Source: Spirosoma sp. 48-14 | GTDB taxonomy: Bacteria; Bacteroidota; Bacteroidia; Cytophagales; Spirosomataceae | Reading direction: 5' to 3' | Assembly (NCBI RefSeq): GCF_001898575.1 | Contig: NZ_MKUD01000010.1 | Location: 297,110-361,109 of the forward strand | DNA length: 64,000 bases | Shown here: positions 46,682 through 55,684 of the stretch, one piece after another | Layout of the letters: each line of letters starts with the position of its first letter | Position numbering within the stretch: position 1 is the stretch's first letter | The notes under the pieces: model-generated | What the model was told of the DNA's origin: nothing | The model's database searches: none | What the model saw: the letters and a program-made list of their open reading frames with translations, nothing else | Position numbers and translations under genes: made by a program

Positions 46682-47230
46682 ATGGCAACGGAAACCGCCA
46701 CTACGACAACCTGGGCAATCGATCCTTCACACTCTGAAGTACAATTTAAAGTAAAACACCTCGTAATTTCGACCGTTACGGGTTCATTTGGAACCTTTGA
46801 AGGAACGGTAGAAAGCGAAGGAGATGATTTCAACAACGCAAAAGTTTCATTTTCGGCCGATATCGATAGCATCAGCACGGGGCATGAGCAACGGGATGGG
46901 CACCTGAAATCAGCTGATTTCTTTGATGCCGAAAACCACCCAAAACTGACGTTCGTATCGACCAGCATGACGAAAGTTGACGACGATACCTACAAAGTAG
47001 CTGGTGATCTGACCATTCGGGGCACTACGAAACCTGTAACACTGAAAGCCGAATACGGCGGTCAGATGGGCGATTTCTACGGTCAGACCAAAGCCGGTTT
47101 TGAACTGTCGGGTATCATCAAACGGAAAGAATTTGGCCTGTCGTGGGATGCCGTTACTGAAGCGGGTGGTGTCGTTGTGAGCGACGATGTGAAACTCGTC
47201 CTGAACATCCAATTGACGAAACAGAGCTAA
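46682..47230 (+). CDS. yceI: YceI-family protein
   Basis: WAIDPSHSEVQFKVKHLVIS, RDGHLKSADFFD, GDLTIRGTTKPV, RKEFGL. Confidence 0.95.
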   Translation: MATETATTTTWAIDPSHSEVQFKVKHLVISTVTGSFGTFEGTVESEGDDFNNAKVSFSADIDSISTGHEQRDGHLKSADFFDAENHPKLTFVSTSMTKVDDDTYKVAGDLTIRGTTKPVTLKAEYGGQMGDFYGQTKAGFELSGIIKRKEFGLSWDAVTEAGGVVVSDDVKLVLNIQLTKQS

Positions 47231-47394
47231 TCGGCTCAGAAATACATACAACCTGATTAATATAAATTCCGGTAAAGATGGGCAACTGTCTTTCCGGAAT
47301 TTTTTATTTCATTCATAACGTACAACAAAACGATTTCAATGATTTGACCGAGTTTTCGGGGGAATTCGTATTTTGGGCTACCAATCAACCTACT

Positions 47395-49095
47395 ATGCGT
47401 GTTACACTTCTCCTGCTGATTTTCATCGCCAGTGTCTGTACGCTGGCCGCTCAACCAACCAAGTCTACCAGTCGCCATTTTGATATCCTTATTCGCAACG
47501 GCCTGATTTATGATGGATCGGGGCAGCCCCCTAAACCGGGAGACATCGGAATACGGGGTGATCGGGTGGTGGCTATCGGGAAATTAACTGGAGCAACGGC
47601 AACAACTGTCATCGATGCAAAAGGCAAAGCTGTGGCACCGGGCTTTATCAATGTGCTGTCGCATACAGGTATCGAGCTGTTGCGTGATGGCCGTTCGATG
47701 AGCGACACCAAACAGGGGATAACGACCGAAGTGTTTGGCGAAGACTCCTGGGGGCCTATTGCTACGCAGGATATGCGGGATCAGGTCAACCTATTCCTGA
47801 AGCCCTATAACCAAACCTGCGACTGGAATACCCTCGCCGACTTTCTGACAAAGCTTCAGAAAAAAGGGATTACTCCCAATATTGCTTCGTATCTGGGAGC
47901 GGGTCAGGTGCGTCAGGCAATTCTGGGGGAGGCCGATGTAAAACCTACTCCCGACCAATTGAACCAGATGCGGGCTATTGTTCGGAAAGGGATGGAAGAG
48001 GGGGCTTTGGGCATGACCACTGCGCTGATTTATCCACCGAATTCGTTTGCCAATACGGATGAGCTGATTGCGCTTTGTAAAGAAGCTGGCCGTTACGGTG
48101 GGCGTTATATTGCGCACATTCGGAGTGAGGGTGACCGGCTGGAAGAGGCTGTTGGTGAGTTGATTAAGATTGGGAAGGAGGCCAATCTGCCCGTCGAACT
48201 GTATCACTTTAAAGCGTCGGGGCAACGGAACTGGCCCCGGATGCAATCGACGATCGACCTAATTAACCGGGTTCGTCAGCAGGGGCAGAACGTAACGGCG
48301 AATATGTACACCTACACAGCCGGAGCTACCGGACTTACGTCATGTCTGCCGCCTTATCTGTTCAATGGTGGATTTATGGCAGGCTGGAAACGTTTGCAGG
48401 ACCCCGCTACCCGCCAGAAGTTAAAGGCCGAGGTACAGCAGAAGGGCAAGGATTGGGAAAATATGTTCGACCTGGCGGGTTCGCCAGAAAATATCCTTCT
48501 GACGGCATTTGAAGTAGATTCGCTGAAAAAATACAATGGTATGACGCTGGGCCAAATCGCTAAAATCTGGCATAAAGACCCGATTGAAACGGTCATGGAT
48601 TTGATTGTGGCTGATAAAACGCGGGTCGAAACCACTTACTTTCTAATGTCGGAAGAGAATGTAAAAAAAGGTATCCAACAACCCTGGGTATCGTTTGGGT
48701 CGGATGCTGGGTCACTGGCCGAGGACCGGAAGGAAGTGGGTGTGGTACATCCCCGCACTTTCGGAAACTTCGCTCGTTTACTAGGTAAATACGTCCGTGA
48801 TGAACACGTTATTTCGCTGGAAGAAGCTATTCGACGGTTAACCAGTCTGCCAGCAACCAATCATAAATTACCCAATCGGGGGTTGCTTCGCCCCGGCTAC
48901 TATGCCGATGTTGTTATTTTCGATCCCAAAACTATTGTCGACAAGGCCACTTTTGCCGAACCATTTCACTATTCGGTCGGTGTTCAGCACGTACTGGTCA
49001 ACGGAAAAGTTGTCCTGAAAGATGGTGAACACACAGGCGCTTTCCCCGGTCGTGCTATCTGGGGTCCTGGTCGAAAGAGTAAGAAGCAAGTTTAA
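47395..49095 (+). CDS. N-acyl-D-amino-acid deacylase (amidohydrolase family)
   Basis: FDILIRNGLIYDGSG, APGFINVLSH, HIRSEG, HPRTFGNFAR, PGYYADVVIFDP. Start at ATG 47395. Confidence 0.92.
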   Translation: MRVTLLLLIFIASVCTLAAQPTKSTSRHFDILIRNGLIYDGSGQPPKPGDIGIRGDRVVAIGKLTGATATTVIDAKGKAVAPGFINVLSHTGIELLRDGRSMSDTKQGITTEVFGEDSWGPIATQDMRDQVNLFLKPYNQTCDWNTLADFLTKLQKKGITPNIASYLGAGQVRQAILGEADVKPTPDQLNQMRAIVRKGMEEGALGMTTALIYPPNSFANTDELIALCKEAGRYGGRYIAHIRSEGDRLEEAVGELIKIGKEANLPVELYHFKASGQRNWPRMQSTIDLINRVRQQGQNVTANMYTYTAGATGLTSCLPPYLFNGGFMAGWKRLQDPATRQKLKAEVQQKGKDWENMFDLAGSPENILLTAFEVDSLKKYNGMTLGQIAKIWHKDPIETVMDLIVADKTRVETTYFLMSEENVKKGIQQPWVSFGSDAGSLAEDRKEVGVVHPRTFGNFARLLGKYVRDEHVISLEEAIRRLTSLPATNHKLPNRGLLRPGYYADVVIFDPKTIVDKATFAEPFHYSVGVQHVLVNGKVVLKDGEHTGAFPGRAIWGPGRKSKKQV

Positions 49096-49181
49096 AAAGA
49101 ACTAAACCCGGAGCCGTAGCGAGTACAAAGTTCAACTACTTTTTCTGTCCGCTGCGGTTCTGTGTTGATGTTGATAATAGC

Positions 49182-51554
49182 CTACCGCACCAGCATTAAA
49201 CTACCTCGAATGATAGGCTTTTCCGGAACTGTTCGGACAGTATAGGCGTACAGACCGGCTGGAAGTGAATAGCCGTTCAGAGTGCCGTCGAACGGTTTGG
49301 TGTAGCCCTTGCCCGACGAATAGATGATTTCGCCCCAGCGGTTGAAAATGGTGACGATAGCATCGGGGAAAGCCTCAATGCCAAACAGCTCCCAGGTATC
49401 ATTCTTGCCATCGCCATCAGGCGAAAACGCATCTGGTATCCAGACACGGGCATATACCGTAATGTGGATGGTATCTTTCGCTTCGCAACCCGTTTTATTT
49501 TTTACATCGATCGTATAGGTAATATCCTCTTCAATCGACATAACGGTTGGATTAGCCGTGTTGGGGTTGTCCAGATAGGTTGACGTAGCCCACTGAAACT
49601 GATTAGGGTTGCCCGTATACACCGGGTTCATCGTGAAGGTATTACCTTTGTAGGTGACTATCGAATCGGCAAGCTGAATAGTCGGAATGGGGGCTACAAC
49701 CGCCAGTCGCGTTGCTACCGTTCCCTTGCATTCGGGGGCCGCTTTAACCGTGTAAGTCATCTGGTGTTCACCGATTCCGGCCGCTTTAGGGTCAAATTTA
49801 TTTCCACTTACACCCGGTCCTGCATACTCACCATCGGCTGGGCTACCAACGAGTGTGTAAACGGGTGAATTGTCGCCACAAACCTCTGGAATCGTATCGA
49901 GCCGAACATCGATTGGGTCGAGTTGAATGATCGTTACGGGTTTGGAGGTGCCTGTACAGCCGTAGGTATCCGTTGCAATCAAAACAAAGGTGCCGGGCTG
50001 GCTCGTAGTGTATTGTGCTTCGCTGCTCCCCACCGTCGTCCCATCTTTCTGCCAGCTGTAACTGATTCCACCACTACCAGTTAATTGCAAGGACGCTTGC
50101 GGACAGATTCGATTCTGTCCCGATGCTGATTGGATCACGGCCTGTACGGCTGCCGACCGCTGGAGAAGGGCCACATCACTTTGCGCTTTACACCCATATA
50201 TCAGATCGGTCGTAACGGCCCAGTAATTTCCCGGCTGATCAACCACAATGGAATCGGTCGTTTGCCCTGCCAGTGCCTGCCCATTGCGGTACCACTGGTA
50301 CGTGACATTGCTATCGCCTACGGCCGTCAGGTGAATGGTTCCGGTTGTAGCGCATAAATGCCCCCTTTCAAAAACCTTCGCCTGTGTCCCGACAACCTTT
50401 ACGACCATATCGTCGGAGTTCCCGGTTTTACTACAGGTTGTTTTCTGCGAAACGACGACCATATAGGTACCCGCTTCCCGAACGGCTAATGATGAATTGG
50501 TAGCCCCTGTAATATTAATACCGTCTTTGCGCCACTGATAATTCCAGTTGGCATTGAAAGCGGCCTGTATCACGGCCGAATCGCCAAGGCAAATGGTTCG
50601 TGAGCGCATGGTCGGAAAGTTGCGAAATTGAACCGCTGGATCCGGTGTCGTTTGGGGAGGGCAGTCGATGACCAGAAACTGAAAATCACGACGTACCTCT
50701 CCTATTTTTACCCCATTTCTGTATTCTTCCACTTTTACGGCAAAAACATATAACCCTAATTCAGTACCTGTTACCGATAACTGCCCCGATTGGGGGTTGA
50801 CCTGTAATGTGGGACTTCCTGGAATTGCATTAGTGGCACTAAAACCAGGCCGCCAGCTAATGTCGGGGTAGGGGCCTGCTGAAATGGCATTCTGGGCCGT
50901 TCCTTTCTGATTCAATGGGGTTACCATCGAATACCGGAGTTCATCACCATCAGGGTCGTTTCCGCCAAAGGCAAAGGTAAATGCGTCGCCCAGGCAGACG
51001 TATTCACCGTTTATTTTATTGAATTGAGGAGATGAGTTCTGGACGTATTGACCATTTTGCTGTAGGGCAGGAAATTCCAGATAGAAGGTAAACCCAGTTT
51101 GATCAGGATTGACGATATTGTTGATGCCGGCATTCCGATTCCGGGTCTGATACGACATGTAGTAGCCTTGTGGATCACTATACGTGCCGGGGTTGAGCTG
51201 AATGGTGGCTTCGTAAACCCAGATAACAAAGTTTAGATTCCGCTGTGATGCGCAAAAGGCATTGGCATAGACAACAGGCGATTTAGCACCCGTTTGGGTG
51301 ACAGTAAAGGCAGTCATTTGGGCGTTGTCGCGCAGCCGAAAGATACCAACGTTACCTATTGCCGCCTGTCGGGTTATTCCCTGTGTACCATCTTCCAGAT
51401 AATTGGTCACGATGATTTTAAAGTGGCCGGGAATATCGCCAATTGCCTGCATTTCTATCTGACCACCTACCTGGTGGGTCGCCAATGACAATAGCGGCAT
51501 ACCCAGCATCAAGAGCCAGCACAGAAATCCATAAGTAAATGTTCGCATAAACAA
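49182..51554 (-). CDS. T9SS type-B CTD (gliding motility-associated C-terminal domain) protein with Ig-like domains
   Basis: C-terminal WIPDAFSPDGDGKNDTW...IFNRWGEIIY...GLYAY; NSSPQF, DPDGDELRYS and YQWRKDG Ig repeats. Confidence 0.92.
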   Translation of the reverse strand: MFMRTFTYGFLCWLLMLGMPLLSLATHQVGGQIEMQAIGDIPGHFKIIVTNYLEDGTQGITRQAAIGNVGIFRLRDNAQMTAFTVTQTGAKSPVVYANAFCASQRNLNFVIWVYEATIQLNPGTYSDPQGYYMSYQTRNRNAGINNIVNPDQTGFTFYLEFPALQQNGQYVQNSSPQFNKINGEYVCLGDAFTFAFGGNDPDGDELRYSMVTPLNQKGTAQNAISAGPYPDISWRPGFSATNAIPGSPTLQVNPQSGQLSVTGTELGLYVFAVKVEEYRNGVKIGEVRRDFQFLVIDCPPQTTPDPAVQFRNFPTMRSRTICLGDSAVIQAAFNANWNYQWRKDGINITGATNSSLAVREAGTYMVVVSQKTTCSKTGNSDDMVVKVVGTQAKVFERGHLCATTGTIHLTAVGDSNVTYQWYRNGQALAGQTTDSIVVDQPGNYWAVTTDLIYGCKAQSDVALLQRSAAVQAVIQSASGQNRICPQASLQLTGSGGISYSWQKDGTTVGSSEAQYTTSQPGTFVLIATDTYGCTGTSKPVTIIQLDPIDVRLDTIPEVCGDNSPVYTLVGSPADGEYAGPGVSGNKFDPKAAGIGEHQMTYTVKAAPECKGTVATRLAVVAPIPTIQLADSIVTYKGNTFTMNPVYTGNPNQFQWATSTYLDNPNTANPTVMSIEEDITYTIDVKNKTGCEAKDTIHITVYARVWIPDAFSPDGDGKNDTWELFGIEAFPDAIVTIFNRWGEIIYSSGKGYTKPFDGTLNGYSLPAGLYAYTVRTVPEKPIIRGSLMLVR

Positions 51555-51756
51555 GCCGTTCTAAAACTTCGGTCACTCACACACTTTACGACTTCACAGG
51601 TTGTATTCGCTATGCTCACTAACTTGCTTTTGGCGGGATAGACTACCAAGTTACATCTTAAATGCATAGCCATAAATGGCTAAACATTGCTTTTTTATGA
51701 AAAGGAAAAGATTTTCCTTGTTGTACTCTCTTTATATATTGTATGAACTAAATGTG

Positions 51757-51827
51757 CCGCAAAGGCACGCTGGTGCAGCTAATTATTCCGCGTATGTTTA
51801 TTCACTGCAACAGTGTGCCTTTTGCGG
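51757..51827. terminator. long imperfect hairpin after the DUF3570 gene
   Basis: ccgcaaaggcacgctggtgcag / ctgcaacagtgtgccttttgcgg. Confidence 0.55.
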
Positions 51828-51841
51828 TTTACCAGAACCAT

Positions 51842-53047
51842 TTACTTTATCTTGGCCAGTAAGGTTACACTATTGGCTACCATACCTGTTGTTCGGGTAT
51901 AGTGTCCAAATCGCAATTCCACACTCTGCCAGTGGCCGATACCAAACAAACCGCCGGGCGGGGCCGTACGGAAGCCTATCCCTACGAATTGACTGTTGAA
52001 CCCTGAGATGTCGTAATCGCTCGTGTAGTATTTTTCAGTCTGTTTATGTTGCTCATAAGGGGCAAAATACCGGACAGCCGTTTGATGACTAAAGCGGTAA
52101 AAAGGACTAACTGAAATAAACGAGGTGAGTTTGACAGGTACTTCCAGATTAGCCGTATGGGCCTGCATGCCCCAGTCGTCGATATAATAGCGATAGAATG
52201 TTCGAACCACAACCCGGTCGCCCATGAAGTAATGCAGCCGGAAAGAAACGGGAAGTTTAAGGCGCGTGCCGGGTAATTTTTCAACAGTCTCACCGCCGTC
52301 CTGAAAGTAAATTCGGTGAAATGGCGTACTTAACAATCCCTGCTGAAACGATGGCTCTACCGTAAACAGAAGCTGCATCCGTTTATTGATCACCTGCGAT
52401 AATGAAACACTCAGGTTGTACGAATTACGGGGCTTGTAATCAATAGGGTCTCTATCGCCATGGGCACCCGAGCCATAACCATCGGGCCGAAGTTCGGGTG
52501 GGAGAATGGCTTTCCAGGTATCGAAGAAGGCCCCCGCTTTCAGACTAACTTCACGGTTGTTATCCGCAGAAGCTTTAGCGAAATTCAGATTGAAACCGTA
52601 CGACTTGTAGTCGTACTCCGTTGAGTACGAGAAGGCAAGCCCTTTGGTTGTGCGATTGTTGTCGTTATGTACGCTCCAGGAAAGCGACGGATAAATATGG
52701 GTGTCGCTGCGGGAGGCCGATGACACTGTCAGTGGGTCGATGTTATCAGATGATGCCGAGGTATAATGGTCGATGTTGAAGTCGAACGCAATGGTGTGCT
52801 GACGGTTTCGCTGGTCTGTCGTTTTCAGCACAAGGTCGAATGACTGGGCAAAATCAGTCAGTTTTTCCGTGCCAATTCCCCCCGTTACGGCCGAGTTATT
52901 ACCATCCTGCTGATAATAGGAGGATACCAGGTTGATTTCCTCGACTTTGAGTTTACGTTTTTCATAGGCAGGCTGTGTGGTCGATTGACCGTACCCCGCC
53001 CGGAATAGACTAAGCAAAACGCCAACAGAAATACAGATTTTTTTCAT
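51842..53047 (-). CDS. DUF3570 outer-membrane beta-barrel protein
   Basis: Signal peptide; SYYQQDGNNSAVTGGIGTEKL, YTSASS, STEYDY, YYIDDWG, YTSDYDISGF; next to DUF4266 and apbE. Confidence 0.85.
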   Translation of the reverse strand: MKKICISVGVLLSLFRAGYGQSTTQPAYEKRKLKVEEINLVSSYYQQDGNNSAVTGGIGTEKLTDFAQSFDLVLKTTDQRNRQHTIAFDFNIDHYTSASSDNIDPLTVSSASRSDTHIYPSLSWSVHNDNNRTTKGLAFSYSTEYDYKSYGFNLNFAKASADNNREVSLKAGAFFDTWKAILPPELRPDGYGSGAHGDRDPIDYKPRNSYNLSVSLSQVINKRMQLLFTVEPSFQQGLLSTPFHRIYFQDGGETVEKLPGTRLKLPVSFRLHYFMGDRVVVRTFYRYYIDDWGMQAHTANLEVPVKLTSFISVSPFYRFSHQTAVRYFAPYEQHKQTEKYYTSDYDISGFNSQFVGIGFRTAPPGGLFGIGHWQSVELRFGHYTRTTGMVANSVTLLAKIK

Positions 53048-53059
53048 GGTTTGCGTTTG

Positions 53060-53290
53060 TTAGTTACAGCCACAGCCACCACCACTTTTGCCGCCATTCG
53101 CGCCGGCGGCTCCTTCACGATAGAGGTAAAAATTTTGTTCGAACTTCTCCGACTTACGAGCCGATAATTCCATTTCGGCATCGTTGATCCGGCTTTTCTG
53201 ATATTCTTTGACTGTCGTGCACCCTGTTAGACTGAGAAGGCTTATACACACCGTCAGTCCTAGAGTTTTGAGAAACGGGTTCTTATTCAT
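53060..53290 (-). CDS. DUF4266 small lipoprotein
   Basis: Lipobox LTGC, VKEYQK, YREGAAG, C-terminal GGGCGCN. Confidence 0.88.
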   Translation of the reverse strand: MNKNPFLKTLGLTVCISLLSLTGCTTVKEYQKSRINDAEMELSARKSEKFEQNFYLYREGAAGANGGKSGGGCGCN

Positions 53291-53308
53291 TTCGTAGGTT
53301 TATGCAAG

Positions 53309-54265
53309 TTAAGATGTTACGGTAGGTGCCATAAGCCGGATATTGGCCGATGTATAGAGCCTATCGGAATCGTCGATAATAATACAGGCAATGTGCTTCA
53401 TCTGATTGATCAGGTCCAGACCGACCCGAACGCCCATAACCATAACCGGGGTGGCTAAGGCATCGGCTAGCTCGGCATTCGGCGCAATGATGGTAACGCT
53501 TTTAATACCAGCTACTGGGTAGCCCGTTTTGGGGTCTATGGTATGGGCGTATCGTTTTCCGTTGATCAGGGCATACTTTTCATAGTTGCCCGATGTAGCC
53601 ACGGCCATGTTGCTAATAGCCAGGTATGAAAATGCTTCGTGGGACGATAGATTGGGGTCGGCTATGCCAATAGTCCAGGGCTTACCCGTAGGCTGCATGC
53701 CCCAGGTAGTCAGGTCTCCAGCTGCATTGACAATGCCACTCTCTACCCCCCGTTCCCGCAAAATCCGTTTGGCCTGTTCGGCGGCATAGCCTTTGCCGAT
53801 ACCGCCGAATCCAATGCGCATTCCTTTTTCCTTGAGAAATACGGTTTGCTGGGTAGGGTCGAGCTGAACATTTCGATAGTCGATTAATCGAACCATGCGC
53901 CGGGCCGTTTTAGGGTCGGGCAGGGCTGTCATGGTGGTATCGAAATTCCAGAATCGCTTATCCAGTGACCCGTACGTAATGTCAAACGCCCCCTGTGTCA
54001 GCGCTGATAACCGCAGCGATCGTTCGATTAAGGCAAACACCTCGGCATCTACCTGAACGGGTCGTACTCCCGCATTGGCATTGATCTGGTTCGTCTGGCT
54101 ATCGTCACGAAAGGTGGTTAGCAGCCGTTCGATTCGACTGATTTCGTCAATGGCGGCATCCAGACAATCGTTGGCCCAGGTTGCATCTGCGCTGACAACG
54201 CTCAACTCAAAGCGATTACCCATGAGTCGTTGTACGCGTTTATGAATGCCGGGGATATCACTCAT
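53309..54265 (-). CDS. apbE: FAD:protein FMN transferase ApbE
   Basis: LMGNRFEL, GAFDITYG, GFGGIGKGY, NAAGD, ATSGNYE, HTIDPKTG, ADALAT. Confidence 0.95.
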   Translation of the reverse strand: MSDIPGIHKRVQRLMGNRFELSVVSADATWANDCLDAAIDEISRIERLLTTFRDDSQTNQINANAGVRPVQVDAEVFALIERSLRLSALTQGAFDITYGSLDKRFWNFDTTMTALPDPKTARRMVRLIDYRNVQLDPTQQTVFLKEKGMRIGFGGIGKGYAAEQAKRILRERGVESGIVNAAGDLTTWGMQPTGKPWTIGIADPNLSSHEAFSYLAISNMAVATSGNYEKYALINGKRYAHTIDPKTGYPVAGIKSVTIIAPNAELADALATPVMVMGVRVGLDLINQMKHIACIIIDDSDRLYTSANIRLMAPTVTS

Positions 54266-54705
54266 TTCGTGGCTAAACGCACTGCCTGAATGGATTCAAT
54301 AAACGACGAGATCGTCATGGATTGCGGGTAGCCATCCCATTCTTTCAGAACCTTGCCCTCGGAATTGAGCAATACCGTAAACGGAAACTTACCCTGCCGG
54401 TTGTATTTTTCAGCTAAAGACTCATTGTGAGCGGTTTGTTTGGCATCGAGCTGATTTTTCGATAACCGAGGGAAGTCGGCACGAACCAGAATTAAATTAT
54501 CGGTTGCAAACTGGCTAAACTCCTCCGATTCGAAGATTGTCTTTTTAAGTTTTATACAGGGACCACACCAGTCGGAACCCGAAAAATTTAGCAGGATAAG
54601 TTTGTGGGCCTGCGTGGCTTCCGTTTTAGCCTGATCAAAATTTAATTGCCAGGTTAAGGTACTGGATAGCAAGCTGAAGAAAATAGCGGTTACTAGGAAT
54701 TTCAT
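54262..54705 (-). CDS. exported thioredoxin-family protein
   Basis: Signal peptide; FSGSDWCGPCIKL; ATGA overlap with apbE. Confidence 0.92.
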   Translation of the reverse strand: MKFLVTAIFFSLLSSTLTWQLNFDQAKTEATQAHKLILLNFSGSDWCGPCIKLKKTIFESEEFSQFATDNLILVRADFPRLSKNQLDAKQTAHNESLAEKYNRQGKFPFTVLLNSEGKVLKEWDGYPQSMTISSFIESIQAVRLATK

Positions 54706-54739
54706 CGTGGTTGGCTTGTTTATTTATTGGATAAATGCA

Positions 54740-55273
54740 TTAGCTGTAAACGACCAGCGTTTTTCCGTCAGTGGCTGTTTTATAAACCGTTAACCCTCGA
54801 CTACCGAAGCTATTTTTTCCTTGGCCGGTCAGGTCGAAACGGGCACCGTGCTGTGTACAGTAGTATTCTGTCTTGTTGAACATGATGGCCTTTTTGGGCT
54901 CATGGCTACAGGTCTGGGTAGCTGCCACGTAAACACCTGCCGTTGACTGAGCCACTACAATACCACTCTGGGTAATATAGCCACCAACCGTTTTTAAGGC
55001 TGAAGCAGCCGACGAAGTCAGGTCAATTGTAAGTAGTCGATTTTTTATGCTACTCAGGTCGGTGCCGTTTGTTGTAGTTCCACTGGTAGTCGTGCTGCTG
55101 GTAGCGGTACTACTCGATGTAGCTGTTGTAGTCGTTGATGGGGTTGTTGTGGTTGTACCAGATAAGGAAAGCGCATTGACTACCGTATCCTCTTCATGCA
55201 CACAGGAAGTCAGTAACGCCATCAGGGCCGAACCTGTAAAGCCCATTGATTTTAAAAATTCCAAGCGAGTCAT
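54740..55273 (-). CDS. Rieske [2Fe-2S] lipoprotein
   Basis: MTRLEFLK...LLTSC lipoprotein signal, Thr/Ser-rich linker, CSH...CTQHGARFD. Confidence 0.85.
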   Translation of the reverse strand: MTRLEFLKSMGFTGSALMALLTSCVHEEDTVVNALSLSGTTTTTPSTTTTATSSSTATSSTTTSGTTTNGTDLSSIKNRLLTIDLTSSAASALKTVGGYITQSGIVVAQSTAGVYVAATQTCSHEPKKAIMFNKTEYYCTQHGARFDLTGQGKNSFGSRGLTVYKTATDGKTLVVYS

Positions 55274-55684
55274 ACAAGCGAGTGGGTTTGTGTACGTTAA
55301 ACGTTGTTTTCGTAATTAGTATTAGTTGTTTTTACGGGTATTCTGAAAATGATCTACCGATGACTCAGTGATTGGTAATCAGGTAGGTAAAATCATTTCC
55401 AGCGGTTGAGCCTATAATCTGGTGTCAGTGTTAAATTTCTGATTTTTAGGATTTTGCACTTTTATTCAATAGGTCATATACCAATTTATGTTTGCCATAA
55501 ATCCAACAGCATTGACTTCTTGTATAGTAATACGTGTATTGATAATAAAACGTGGCAGTGAGTCAAATACTTTATGTATTGGTTAGATTTACTTAATTTT
55601 AAATTGTAAGTATTTGGCAATTAGTGTGTTATGCTAATTGTCAAATACTCATGTATTCATTGTTTTCAAAGACCATTGGGATAA

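Noticed and set aside
51555-51841. Intergenic region as a riboswitch or tRNA
   Set aside because: No recognisable aptamer or cloverleaf; only a terminator-like hairpin is supported.
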